From a virus, in the IMG/VR virus record IMGVR_UViG_3300018080_000077, positions 1 to 36,507 of that record: a stretch of DNA of 36,507 bases; one strand, given 5' to 3'. The notes beneath the pieces were generated by a model. That model saw nothing but the letters and a program-made list of their open reading frames with translations, made no database searches and had not been told where the DNA came from. The translations under genes and the position numbers were made by a program. This document shows, one piece after another, positions 23,736-33,616 of the stretch; positions within the stretch are counted from its first letter, which is position 1; every line of letters starts with the position of its first letter.

Positions 23736-25930
23736 AACAACTTGCCTCTAGTTCTATTAGACGGTTTTGTCCAAATAACCATTCCTTGCAATTCAAAACC
23801 AGCCCTTCCCTTTAAATCGTCTACTAATTGAGAATTAGAAAGCGTTAGTCTAATCTGATGAAATCTACCGTCTATACCAGAATAAACTCTAAAATAATTA
23901 GACTCTTCTCCTGGATTAGAAACCGTTATAGTTCTTGTTGTTACAGGAATAGTGTCGTTATTATCTACATAATGCTCAAATGTAATTTCAGCATTATTTA
24001 CGACTTCTCCGTTAGCAGTGTATGCAGTATATGTAGTGGTGTCTTCGTTAATATCAAAGTTTGTATTGTTAATAACAGTTACTGTAAACTTTCTATTATT
24101 AAGTTCTATCATTCCATTTATATCTCTTAATAAAATCTCCGTTCCAGTTGCTAACCCGTGATTCGCAGCAGTTGTTATTCTTCCGGGATTATTTTGAGTT
24201 ATATTTGTAATTTGAATAACATTTTGCGTAGTAGATGTAACATATATATCTACATATTCTAAACGGCAGTCTCTTCCTGCGCTTATATAGGGATTGAATC
24301 GTTTTGTTTGTACATCAAAATTAAAGTTCGTTCCAGCATCAGATCCATCAGATACGTCTTCAAAAACTCTATATACATATCCGTTAAGATGTCCGCCAGT
24401 TACAATTGGAGCGTTATCTTGAAGAAATGGATTTACCCAATAATTTTCAGTTTGATTCTCCCACTCATCTCGTTCTGCAGTTGCAAACATCGCCCATGTT
24501 CTATCATCAAATTCTTTATATTGACCAAAAACACGAAAAGACATGTTAAATATCGACCAGCTACCATCTTCTAAACTATAAGAAATAATTCTATTTGGAG
24601 TTTCAGCGTTTGTATCGGCAGAAGGAACTGACCAATACAACATATCTCTATAATAATCTCTTGTCGCCGACACAATGTTTAAATTTTCTGTTGCGTCTCC
24701 AGTTTCTATTTCAAAAGATCTATCAGGAATCTTTCTATCGATTCTTCTAGTATTATTAGAGTCAGATCCAACTATTCCTCTTCTTGAAACAGTATATGCA
24801 ACATCATCGTATGTTACAGTTCCAAAAGTAGCTTCAGATCCATAATTTGTATTTATTCTCTCCCATATAAATGGCAGTATTTGATTTCCAGTATATCTAA
24901 GTCTCCAGGTACTAAATTGAAAGAAGACCACCAATGTGTCATTAACTATTGCAGCAGAAATTATCCTCTCTGAGGTGTCAGCATCGATGTATCCACCTCT
25001 TCCAGGTAAATCGTCTCTCCAAGCGTTTGCTGTTGCTGTTCCAACCCATCTTCCTGGTTCTACAACTGCTGGATCTGCTCCAGTTGCAGGAACATACGGA
25101 GTACCAATTTGTGACCACCTAGCTCTTTGATGATAGTTTACGCCTGCCTCTGTTGTGTCGAGAATAACTAATCTTCCATAATAAGGGATTATTATCCTTG
25201 CTCTTGTAACGAGATCTGGAACGGCATTTATGGTAAATCTTTGATTATTCCACCCCTGCACTAAGTTTCCATTATAAAATCTTATTGGATCAACGTTATT
25301 TGTTACCCATAAAGAATCAGCATAGTTTACTCCCCAAAAATATCCATTCAAAGTTCCTGCCCACGATAGGGCAGCTCCAGTAGTTTGAAAAAAACTTGTG
25401 TCATTAAATAATTGAGTGGCTGTACTAAAGATAGAAGCTTTATATCTAGTAAATGCTATTAACTGTTCATCCTCTGAGCCAAGAACAAGAAAATTTGCAA
25501 GACCATTAACAGGAAGATGGACAGTCCCTCCAAGCGCGTAAGCAGTAAAGGTTGTAGAATTAAAGTTAGTCCCATCAAGATTATGGAGATCGAAGGTATT
25601 TCCGACAATATTAGCAATAACAACTGTTTGTTCATTTATTTCCACCATTCCCGTTACATTTCTTATAGTAATTATATCGCCATTTTGTAAGTTTCCAATT
25701 GCAGCAACTGTAACATTTGCAGGATTAGCTTGGGTTATATTTGTAATTGCAGCTTCAGAAGGAACATACGCCAATTCATTATATCCCTCTCTCTTTCTAA
25801 TTTTTCCACGATATGGATAAGCATCCTCTAAAACAGCAAACGCGGCATCTCCAATCAGCCACGGCCTAAAGTATTCCTGTAATCCAGTGTCTCCAGAATA
25901 AGGAGCTATAAGTCGTGCTTCATATGACAT
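23732..25930 (-). CDS. Large tail hub/nozzle-like structural protein carrying two E1-FCCH-like barrel insertions
   Basis: 732 aa from the ATG at 25930 (TAATG overlap; track start 25954 is TTG). Size and position fit a podovirus tail tubular-B-like protein. FCCH-like segments at 25526..25744 and 24002..24211. Confidence 0.5.
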   Translation of the reverse strand: MSYEARLIAPYSGDTGLQEYFRPWLIGDAAFAVLEDAYPYRGKIRKREGYNELAYVPSEAAITNITQANPANVTVAAIGNLQNGDIITIRNVTGMVEINEQTVVIANIVGNTFDLHNLDGTNFNSTTFTAYALGGTVHLPVNGLANFLVLGSEDEQLIAFTRYKASIFSTATQLFNDTSFFQTTGAALSWAGTLNGYFWGVNYADSLWVTNNVDPIRFYNGNLVQGWNNQRFTINAVPDLVTRARIIIPYYGRLVILDTTEAGVNYHQRARWSQIGTPYVPATGADPAVVEPGRWVGTATANAWRDDLPGRGGYIDADTSERIISAAIVNDTLVVFFQFSTWRLRYTGNQILPFIWERINTNYGSEATFGTVTYDDVAYTVSRRGIVGSDSNNTRRIDRKIPDRSFEIETGDATENLNIVSATRDYYRDMLYWSVPSADTNAETPNRIISYSLEDGSWSIFNMSFRVFGQYKEFDDRTWAMFATAERDEWENQTENYWVNPFLQDNAPIVTGGHLNGYVYRVFEDVSDGSDAGTNFNFDVQTKRFNPYISAGRDCRLEYVDIYVTSTTQNVIQITNITQNNPGRITTAANHGLATGTEILLRDINGMIELNNRKFTVTVINNTNFDINEDTTTYTAYTANGEVVNNAEITFEHYVDNNDTIPVTTRTITVSNPGEESNYFRVYSGIDGRFHQIRLTLSNSQLVDDLKGRAGFELQGMVIWTKPSNRTRGKLL

Positions 25931-26496
25931 TAAGCAGGTCCTATTGCTATCCAATATAAAAACGCGCTGCCGCCCGAAGAAGACAGATATTGAAATGCAT
26001 TTGCTGTTGGAGCTGGAGCATCATCAACAGTTACAGACTGATTACCACTATCTCTTTCTAAAGATACTTGAATTGAATAAGGAGCGGCCGAAAAAGCCGT
26101 TGGAAAATTTACAGTACCTGAATTTCCAGGAGTTGTTTTTTTCCCCCATTGAATCAAAATATTTCCTTGAATAAATGTGTAACCATTAGTTGCTCTAAGA
26201 GGGTCAATTCCCGTCATCTTTATTTCTGTTCCATTACTTTCTTGTCTGTAATAAAGAGCGGGTCTTGTTCCATCATCTTTTGTATACAAAGCACCCTCAT
26301 CGGCAGCTGTCGCAATAGCGGCCGCTTCTGGTAAAACTACACTTTTATGTTTTCCTCTATTAGCAACTGTCGCATTATTAAACTCGTAATGATCTACGGC
26401 AATTATTGTGTTTATTTGAGAGAAGTTTGTTTGAATATCACCCTGAGAAACACTTAAAAGATCATTGGCCGCTGGTATATTGGAATCAAACGTCAT
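25930..26496 (-). CDS. Tail-fibre-like protein with a gp53-like C-terminal domain
   Basis: 188 aa. N-terminal S.SQGDIQTNF..I......DH motif. C-terminus NGYTFIQGNILIQWGKK...VNFPTAFSAAPYSIQVSL...LYWIAIG resembles the gp53-like tail-fibre C-terminal domain. Confidence 0.5.
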   Translation of the reverse strand: MTFDSNIPAANDLLSVSQGDIQTNFSQINTIIAVDHYEFNNATVANRGKHKSVVLPEAAAIATAADEGALYTKDDGTRPALYYRQESNGTEIKMTGIDPLRATNGYTFIQGNILIQWGKKTTPGNSGTVNFPTAFSAAPYSIQVSLERDSGNQSVTVDDAPAPTANAFQYLSSSGGSAFLYWIAIGPA

Positions 26497-26675
26497 TTTT
26501 TCCTCGCTATTTTACGTAATGTTTTTGCCAACGTTGCTCTTTTTCCTGTAACACCCTTCTTTTTAGCAGCTGTAGCTAATTTTTTTGCAGGAATAGGCTT
26601 TCCCTTTTTTGCTCCAAGAGTTTTTCTCAAAGACCCTTTCTTAGAAATAGCCTTTTGAATCCATTTTTCATCCAT
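26493..26675 (-). CDS. Small lysine-rich protein
   Basis: 60 aa, GGGAG SD: KKGSLRKTLGAKKGKPIPAKKLATAAKKKGVTGKRATLAKTLRKIARKK. Confidence 0.5.
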   Translation of the reverse strand: MDEKWIQKAISKKGSLRKTLGAKKGKPIPAKKLATAAKKKGVTGKRATLAKTLRKIARKK

Positions 26676-26687
26676 AATTTAATCTCC

Positions 26688-27602
26688 CTAATAGAATGGA
26701 TAAATTGTCCAGCTTCCTCTGCCACAATCTGATCCATCACTATAATTTGTTTGTACTCTTTGATTAGACAACTGTTTTAATGCTCTTCTTTGGGCTAAGT
26801 TCTTTTGTTCCATAAAAATTCGATACAGATTTCCGTATTCGTCCCAGTCACCTTTTTCTATAAATATTTTTAATGCAGCTCCATATGCAATAAGATTGCA
26901 CCATTCTACAAATTCAGGAGATGCACCTGCTGCTGCCATTTGAGTTGGTCTTCTTAGTGTCAAAACGCGAACTTCATAAGAAATATCAGGAACAGGCCTT
27001 AATTCAAAAGTTTGATCAAAAAATAAAATATCTCTCGGTCTCGATGCAACATATGGGTAATATTGTCCATAAATAGATTCCCCCGCAGTTACACCAATTG
27101 CAAAATTTACAGTCACTACACCGGTAATATAGTTTACCGTTCCATTACCACCACCAGATCCAGTTAAAACTCCGGCTCCATTATCTGTAAAATATTCAGT
27201 GTCATCTGAAATTAAAACTGTATTTTGGAGAACTGGAAGATTGGTCAAAGTAAATGTGTATGCTATTCCTCCATCTCCAGTCGCAACAGTTTCTTTAAAC
27301 CTGGTATCTGGCCAAATAGAAAAAAAACTTTCAGGAGATTGATGCCAACCAACCTCATAACCAGCAACAAACGCAGGAGGCTTAACAACAATATACTGCT
27401 CGTTTAAAGCATAAGAAGAAACGTTAGGAGAAGTATAAAATCTATAGTATTCTTCTAAATTTGTTGTTTTCAACCGTTCGGGAAAATCGTACAGATAAAA
27501 ATCATCTATATAATCATCTAACCTTGCATCTGTTATCTGATTAACATCTTGCATCCCTGTGATATTTCTTACTGTTCTTCTTATATCTGCAAGCATTGTC
27601 AT
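26688..27602 (-). CDS. Putative head-tail adaptor/connector protein (by position only)
   Basis: 304 aa, TAATG-coupled. Lies between the head genes and the tail genes. Confidence 0.4.
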   Translation of the reverse strand: MTMLADIRRTVRNITGMQDVNQITDARLDDYIDDFYLYDFPERLKTTNLEEYYRFYTSPNVSSYALNEQYIVVKPPAFVAGYEVGWHQSPESFFSIWPDTRFKETVATGDGGIAYTFTLTNLPVLQNTVLISDDTEYFTDNGAGVLTGSGGGNGTVNYITGVVTVNFAIGVTAGESIYGQYYPYVASRPRDILFFDQTFELRPVPDISYEVRVLTLRRPTQMAAAGASPEFVEWCNLIAYGAALKIFIEKGDWDEYGNLYRIFMEQKNLAQRRALKQLSNQRVQTNYSDGSDCGRGSWTIYPFY

Positions 27603-27973
27603 TACATAAACTCTCTAGAAATAAATTGATATCTTTGCACCATTCTTCCTGTTCCTTTGACGTGATTTCCTTTCTCGTCAAGTAGATATCCATGAACAGG
27701 ATACTGAGTATTTTGATTAATATGGCGAGCTACTGACAAAGGAATTTCTGCTTCTTCTCCATCCATAAACCACTTTGAAAAAAGAGGTTGGCCCTTATAA
27801 AGTTTACAAGCAATATAAGCATCCTGGCCTGGATTTTCTAAATTTTTAAAAACCCCTTTTACCATCCTGTCATCTTCTTTTTTCATTGCTTCTATTGACT
27901 CTTTATTTACAGGTTTTTTTGAAAAATTACCTATATATAAAGCTGCCCTAGGAGCTTGTTTTAATGTATTCAT
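27602..27973 (-). CDS. Hypothetical head/neck protein
   Basis: 123 aa from the ATG at 27973 with AGGAGG SD (the track ORF extends upstream through hairpin DNA). Confidence 0.5.
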   Translation of the reverse strand: MNTLKQAPRAALYIGNFSKKPVNKESIEAMKKEDDRMVKGVFKNLENPGQDAYIACKLYKGQPLFSKWFMDGEEAEIPLSVARHINQNTQYPVHGYLLDEKGNHVKGTGRMVQRYQFISREFM

Positions 27974-27989
27974 CGTTCCTCCTATTGCT

Positions 27990-28055
27990 CCCTTGTACAA
28001 AGGGATTGGATGCGAAAGGAGCACTCGCATCCGCACCCAATGGCATAAATGCCAT
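27990..28055 (-). terminator. Cluster of three hairpins after the capsid/decoration genes (attenuator or partial terminator)
   Basis: CCCTT-gtaca-AAGGG at 27990..28004. GGATGCGA-N9-TCGCATCC at 28008..28032. ATGGCAT-aa-ATGCCAT at 28040..28055. Confidence 0.35.
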
Positions 28056-28068
28056 CATTAAATACTAA

Positions 28069-29013
28069 TTAAATAGTAACTCCTCTTGTTGCCCTCCAAC
28101 GAATAACGTCAGTGTTTGCTCCGCAAACAAGGGCTCCAATATGGATTCCTCTATAAGAATTATTATTCATTGCAGCACTTAGATCTTGACCAGTATCACC
28201 TACAGGTATTACTTGTGGTCTAAGAACGCCAGCAGCAGCTTGCGCAGACGTTGGCCATGCAAAAGCAGTATATGCTGTTGTATCAACACCAATACTAAAA
28301 GTTGTCGCTGTCAAATAAGTTACAGTTACAATTTGTTGATCTAACTCAACCATTCCAGAAATCGGCGGAATTATAATTCGGACACGATCTCCAGTTTGAT
28401 AACCATGGTTAATATTAGTGGTTATTACCCCAGGATTTGCAGCTGTAATATTAGTAATAATCCTTCTTCCTGGTTCGAATGCCCTAGGAGTAAATATTCT
28501 TTGAGATGTAATAGCAGTAGCGGCAGCAGCAAAACCAGCTCCAGGAATTGTTCCAAGAGTAAAGTTATTTGCTCCACCAACAGCAGTAATTACAAAATCA
28601 AGACCTGCAACTTGCAGCATTGCAGTTGTCGTATAAATACGAACAACATCACCAACAGCATAACCGTGCGCCACACTAGTAGCAACGGCAGGTGTTGCAG
28701 CTGTTAGGGCAGTACCAACTTGTGCGGCGTCTAAAACTTCTTCTACGCCAGCATAAGTTCTAAATCCTCCAGCAGCAATTAATTGGTGTTCATCTGTTGC
28801 TGCACCAGCAGTATTTCTAATAGTGTAAGCGCTATTTGCAGCAAGACCATTTAAATACCAGCATTCTTTATTTACAGAAGGGTTTGCAACAGAATTTTGT
28901 TGCGATTCATTCCATGTGTGGAATTCGTGGGGAACAAACCCCAAATCAATGTTTCTAGCAGCACCATCAGAGGTGTAACTGCCATAAACTACGTTTTGTT
29001 CAGCAGTAGGCAT
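28069..29013 (-). CDS. Capsid decoration-type protein with two E1-FCCH-like domains
   Basis: 314 aa, GGGGG SD, directly after the capsid gene. HGYAVGDVVRIY...FTLG and HGYQTGDRVRII..ISGMVELDQQIVTVTYLTATTFSIGVDTTAYTAF. Confidence 0.6.
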   Translation of the reverse strand: MPTAEQNVVYGSYTSDGAARNIDLGFVPHEFHTWNESQQNSVANPSVNKECWYLNGLAANSAYTIRNTAGAATDEHQLIAAGGFRTYAGVEEVLDAAQVGTALTAATPAVATSVAHGYAVGDVVRIYTTTAMLQVAGLDFVITAVGGANNFTLGTIPGAGFAAAATAITSQRIFTPRAFEPGRRIITNITAANPGVITTNINHGYQTGDRVRIIIPPISGMVELDQQIVTVTYLTATTFSIGVDTTAYTAFAWPTSAQAAAGVLRPQVIPVGDTGQDLSAAMNNNSYRGIHIGALVCGANTDVIRWRATRGVTI

Positions 29014-29024
29014 AGTTTACCCCC

Positions 29025-29975
29025 TTATGAGTGTGTTGCACGCAGATTAAATATCCACGCATCATTTAATATTCTAGGTACTTGTGCAAACTTATATGCA
29101 CCAAGTTGTAATCTTCTTAACGGGTCTGTAGGTCCTCCAGGTGGAGTATATATAAACTCCGCAGATGACCCAGTAAGGTTAATTAAGGCATATGCCTCTT
29201 GTCCTGTAACAAAGGTGTTGTACACTGTGTTACCATTTAAAGAAGCAGCTGCAGTAGAAGATCCTAATGAGCTATATAAGAAACGAACGTTTCCTACGGA
29301 ACCCCATTCAGCTCTAAGAGCATTCATGTTATTTGGATACTGAGCTTGACTAATAAATCCTACACAACCTTCAAGATCATCTAGAATCGCTGTACTCATC
29401 ATACCCCAGAATGCTTCGCGCACAGGAGTAGTTCCAAACTTATTCTCACCCTCAATGTCATCTGTAATAAACATTGCATTATTGTTAAGTAGTGTTTGTA
29501 CTACTACATCAATATCCGCACGTGTTATCTCTGTCGGATTATCTCCGTTGACACCATTAGTGCAGTTTACAGCAGCAGCCGTTGCAGCGAGCATATTACG
29601 AGCAAGCTCGTCTTCTGTCTCGCGCATAGACTGTGCTAGTAGACTCACAGTTTGGTTGAGGACTGGGTCCTCATTTATGGCCATTACTTGGTCTGTAATT
29701 GTACAATAAGTTCCATACCAATCAATCGTCGCGTCGATATCCGTAGCATTGAGAACCTGCCCTGGAGGCGTTAAACCTGAATCGGGCAAAGGTACTGTTG
29801 CTGTGGCCAAGTTGGTATATCGACGATATCTTACAGTTCTACCGTTCCTGTCTGGCAATTCTTTCTTCATAGCCATCTTGGTATGAATAAGATTTGGCAT
29901 TGGTCTCGAAAGAAGCACATTGTCAAACCATTGCTGAACAGGTGGTGGAAGCACTGTTGTTGTCGTAATTGTCAT
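29025..29975 (-). CDS. Major capsid protein, N4-gp56-like (HK97 fold)
   Basis: 316 aa, GGAGG SD. WFDNVLLSRPMPNLIHTKMAMKKELPDRNGRTVRYRRY..L....PL.....P...L....I.ATIDWYGTYCTITDQV matches the N4-gp56 family N-terminal pattern. Follows the scaffold gene. Confidence 0.85.
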   Translation of the reverse strand: MTITTTTVLPPPVQQWFDNVLLSRPMPNLIHTKMAMKKELPDRNGRTVRYRRYTNLATATVPLPDSGLTPPGQVLNATDIDATIDWYGTYCTITDQVMAINEDPVLNQTVSLLAQSMRETEDELARNMLAATAAAVNCTNGVNGDNPTEITRADIDVVVQTLLNNNAMFITDDIEGENKFGTTPVREAFWGMMSTAILDDLEGCVGFISQAQYPNNMNALRAEWGSVGNVRFLYSSLGSSTAAASLNGNTVYNTFVTGQEAYALINLTGSSAEFIYTPPGGPTDPLRRLQLGAYKFAQVPRILNDAWIFNLRATHS

Positions 29976-30000
29976 TTAGTCCTCCATTGGAGAACCCTCT

Positions 30001-30768
30001 TTAGCAAGCTTTTCTAGCGTACTCTTTTGCTTTCTTCCAAACATCCTCTGGAGATAGAGTAGAAAATTGTTCAACCTGGCTTTTTAGAGAAGATCCAGCA
30101 GCCGTTGAAGATAAAGGTCTTTCATTATTATGAAGTACCTTTTCTATCTCTGGCTGTACCCTGGCTTGCTGTCTCTTAGACATCTCTGCCTCGTATTCCG
30201 GTGACGATTTTGCAAATCTATAGGCTAGCTCAGCCCAGTTTGGAGAAGACTTGATTGCATTTGCTAATTGTGGGTTCTGCTCAATCATCGGAATGGCAAA
30301 ATTTTCAATCACATAATCATAATCTGAAAACTTAGAGCGTGCTTTTTCTTCTAGACGCTCACCTTCAACAACTTGAAGCTTTTCGTCGACTATTCTTGAA
30401 GCTATTTCTTGGGCTCTTAGTTCTGCCTTTTTCTCAGCTAAGCGCTGTGCTTGTTCAAAAGTTATATAGTCGTCTTTATCTATACCCTCAAACTCGTCTT
30501 TTGGCGGATTTCTCATGCCAGCAATTTCTTTTTTTAAATTAGAAATTTCGGCATGCTGCGCCTTCATGATTTCTCGAGCTTTCTTCCAGTTTATGTCTGC
30601 CGTTTCCTTTGGCTTTTCTTGCTGCCCTTGAGGTTCGGCTTGTGTTTGAGCTTCTACCTGCTGATTTTGTGAAACAGGCTGATTTTCGTTTTGTGAAACA
30701 GGCTGTGTCACATTATGAGCAACAGGCTCTTGCACAATTTCCGATGTTGTTTTTGTTTCCTCTGTCAT
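30001..30768 (-). CDS. Scaffolding protein
   Basis: 255 aa from the ATG at 30768 with GGAG SD. Q/E/K-rich helical sequence between the portal and capsid genes. Confidence 0.6.
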   Translation of the reverse strand: MTEETKTTSEIVQEPVAHNVTQPVSQNENQPVSQNQQVEAQTQAEPQGQQEKPKETADINWKKAREIMKAQHAEISNLKKEIAGMRNPPKDEFEGIDKDDYITFEQAQRLAEKKAELRAQEIASRIVDEKLQVVEGERLEEKARSKFSDYDYVIENFAIPMIEQNPQLANAIKSSPNWAELAYRFAKSSPEYEAEMSKRQQARVQPEIEKVLHNNERPLSSTAAGSSLKSQVEQFSTLSPEDVWKKAKEYARKAC

Positions 30769-30837
30769 TATTTCTCCTTTATATTGGCGAGATATAGTTA
30801 CAGCCAAAAAAACGCCCGATTCGCCGGCGACGCTCCT

Positions 30838-31218
30838 TTAAGCAGACTCTTTTTCAAAGAATCTGTTTGTCATTTTTAATTTAATAACCCTGTCTAAACG
30901 ATTGTAGCTAGCAATTGTTTCAGGAACAGGTTCTTTCTGATCTACAGCTAAAACAGGCCAATCCCCAGGAAGAGCCCAAAGTAATTTTAACGATCCTTTG
31001 CGGTTATCAACTTCAAATAGCATACAAGAAAGCATCATCGACGGTTTGCGATCTATTATCACATACTTCATCTTGATTACATTAGGCTGATTTGGAAATG
31101 GCTTGCCGTGAACTAAGATATAATATTTTTCTCTTGGCGTCTCATTAATGATCTTCTCGATCCTTTTCATGAGATCACGCGCCATTTGTTCACGTGTTTC
31201 TCCGAGCTGTTGTGTCAT
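30838..31218 (-). CDS. Hypothetical protein in the head module
   Basis: 126 aa, ATG start, no clear SD. Confidence 0.45.
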   Translation of the reverse strand: MTQQLGETREQMARDLMKRIEKIINETPREKYYILVHGKPFPNQPNVIKMKYVIIDRKPSMMLSCMLFEVDNRKGSLKLLWALPGDWPVLAVDQKEPVPETIASYNRLDRVIKLKMTNRFFEKESA

Positions 31219-31245
31219 GTGTTTGTCTTGTTTGTTTTGTTTACT

Positions 31246-31416
31246 TTAATATTTTACGCATTTTTGTCTGTTAAGCTTAGACTTATCAGAACTTTCTACC
31301 GAATCTTTAAGCGAATTATAGTTATTTCCTCTATAGTCAGACTTGCTTGATCCAGAAGACTGTCCTTTGTATCCTTTATCGTATTTAAGTTTTCCTGATT
31401 CTTTTCCTGTTTTCAT
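31246..31416 (-). CDS. Small hydrophilic protein (56 aa), absent from the ORF track
   Basis: My translation: MKTGKESGKLKYDKGYKGQSSGSSKSDYRGNNYNSLKDSVESSDKSKLNRQKCVKY. GGAG SD lies 4 nt before the ATG. Confidence 0.4.
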   Translation of the reverse strand: MKTGKESGKLKYDKGYKGQSSGSSKSDYRGNNYNSLKDSVESSDKSKLNRQKCVKY

Positions 31417-31475
31417 AAAATCTCCTATAATTTAAAGGATTTACTCAAGTTGTTTATATAATTTTTAAAACAAAT

Positions 31476-33587
31476 TTATTGATTTACTGCAATACCCTCT
31501 TGATTTTCTTCCATTTGCTGTAGCTGTTCTTTTTGCTGCACTTGTGGAAGTTCTGTTTTTTTATTTGCATCGTTTACCTCTGTACCAAGTATATCTGCAG
31601 TTTGAATGCCTTTATAATCAATGTTCATTGGCTGCGCTAGCTGTTCTTTTTGTAACTCTAAAATAAATCTTGCTAGCTGCATAAGTCTGTCGTCTTCAAG
31701 TTTAGATATTTCAGCCATCGCTTTCGCATTATCGAGTGAGGCCGAAGCCATATTTTTAACTTGCTCAGACTCTCTTTCAGCATACAAACCGATGTTTGAA
31801 ATTGTTCTACCTTGACGCTCTTGTGCCGCAGCAAAATCATTTTGAGCCTTGGCTTCAACAGACCTTGTAAGAAGAGCTTGATGCTCCATTTGTTGTTGTA
31901 ATTGCATTTGTTGCACTTGAGCCTGCTGCTTTTCTTGCTCTTGAATAGACTCAATAAGTTGATTTTTATTTTGTAAAGTCGACACCTCAAGCAATAAGTT
32001 TGTTGGTACAGGTATTCCAAGAGACTTAAGGTGTAGTAATTGTGTAAATTGTAGATTGCGCTGAGTGCTAGTAAGTAGACCCTCCTCAACAACGCAATCA
32101 TATTTTTGGAAATTTTGATCTTCGAACTCTTTAGTTGGTTCTTCATTCAAAACCCTCCTAACTTTTCCAGAAGAAAAATTAGCCTGCATCATTTCGATAA
32201 AAACTTCTCCAAGTAATCTTTGAGAAAGTCTCAGTTTATCGAAAATTGGCTGTAACGCCACAAGCCCAGCACCCATACGAAGTTGAACCATCAATCCAGA
32301 TGTATCGCTTCCATCCACTTCCCCAAATAATTCTTCGGAAACTCCTGCAATGGACATGATTTCGTCATCAAGAATCTTTTGGAGTTCAAACGTTCCAGCG
32401 GGTAACTGTGGTGGAGGAATTTTTTGTACGTCTGTTATTTGGGCAGAGTCTTTCACAAACAATGCGCGACCCTGACCACCCATAAACGCATCTTCTGGAT
32501 CAACCAAAGCATCTTCTTTAACTATTAATCCAGAATTTATTTGACTATCTAAAATGTCTAACATTTTATTTCGTCTTCTGTTTAATTCAATCTGGCTATC
32601 ACGGATATTTCTAATAACTCCTTGATATCTAAATGAATAATCAGAAGACTCTGGGTAGTGATAACACAAGAACGGTACATAAGGAAAACGATCTATGCCA
32701 TATGGAGCCTCTTCTTCATAAATTAAATTGTTGTTTACTAATACATAGAGACGGGTTGTCGGTTTTTTTACCTTTATTATCTTTACTTCTGGATTCATTT
32801 TTAAGAAAAACTGTAGCTTCTCTTTATCCATTTTTTTTGGAATATCTGTAATGTCTCCAGTCTTCGAATCTAAAAGTTTTTCTACAGTTTTTGTGTCTTT
32901 TTTCCAATATTCGTCATAAGCAAAAAAATCCATGTTATACATTTGACGGTTTTCAGGCATATATAAAAAACGTCCATCAACAGACTGGTTAGTTTTTTTC
33001 ATAGAGTCTAAGTCGTTGTCATACTTACCTGGCAAAATTGATTTTAACGTGCTTTTATCCATGTACGTTCTTTGCCAAATCCAATTACAATCAGAAAGAT
33101 CATGCTCTCTCCAGTATGGATCCATGATAAATTGATTGTAATGTACCCTAGATGTTTTGATATCTCCATTTTTTGCGTCGTCTCTAAAATCCATCCATAC
33201 ACGCAAAAGATTTAATCCAGTAATTAAAGCTCCTTCAAAGCAGTCTGATATCTTTTCGTAAGTATCATCTTGTCCCATCGACCAATAAAGAAGCCCAGTT
33301 AGTTGGTCTGCTGTTTTCTGATCTGAATTTTCCCTTGGGCTAGCTAAAGTTACGTGGCGTCCTTTTCTTTGGTGTCCACCTATTAAATTAATTATACGCT
33401 GACACTTATTGAATTGTAAAAGTCGCTGATTTCTATAATTTGAACCAGTAAGATTATTCCAATAATCCTGCTGTCCAATGGACATCTTTAAATCAAGATC
33501 CGACTCATACCAGAATTGTTGAAAAAGCGACTGAGATTCTCGATAATGAGATGTAAGCTCCTCTTTTATTTCATTTTCTTTAGTCAT
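31476..33587 (-). CDS. Portal protein with a long Q-rich helical C-terminal region
   Basis: About 703 aa from the ATG at 33587 (track start 33623 is TTG and overlaps terL). Immediately downstream of terL. The C-terminal 150 aa are coiled (QEQEKQQAQVQQMQLQQQ...), reminiscent of a P22-type portal barrel. Confidence 0.75.
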   Translation of the reverse strand: MTKENEIKEELTSHYRESQSLFQQFWYESDLDLKMSIGQQDYWNNLTGSNYRNQRLLQFNKCQRIINLIGGHQRKGRHVTLASPRENSDQKTADQLTGLLYWSMGQDDTYEKISDCFEGALITGLNLLRVWMDFRDDAKNGDIKTSRVHYNQFIMDPYWREHDLSDCNWIWQRTYMDKSTLKSILPGKYDNDLDSMKKTNQSVDGRFLYMPENRQMYNMDFFAYDEYWKKDTKTVEKLLDSKTGDITDIPKKMDKEKLQFFLKMNPEVKIIKVKKPTTRLYVLVNNNLIYEEEAPYGIDRFPYVPFLCYHYPESSDYSFRYQGVIRNIRDSQIELNRRRNKMLDILDSQINSGLIVKEDALVDPEDAFMGGQGRALFVKDSAQITDVQKIPPPQLPAGTFELQKILDDEIMSIAGVSEELFGEVDGSDTSGLMVQLRMGAGLVALQPIFDKLRLSQRLLGEVFIEMMQANFSSGKVRRVLNEEPTKEFEDQNFQKYDCVVEEGLLTSTQRNLQFTQLLHLKSLGIPVPTNLLLEVSTLQNKNQLIESIQEQEKQQAQVQQMQLQQQMEHQALLTRSVEAKAQNDFAAAQERQGRTISNIGLYAERESEQVKNMASASLDNAKAMAEISKLEDDRLMQLARFILELQKEQLAQPMNIDYKGIQTADILGTEVNDANKKTELPQVQQKEQLQQMEENQEGIAVNQ

Positions 33588-33616
33588 GTTGTGTCCTGTT
33601 TGTTTTATATAAAAAT

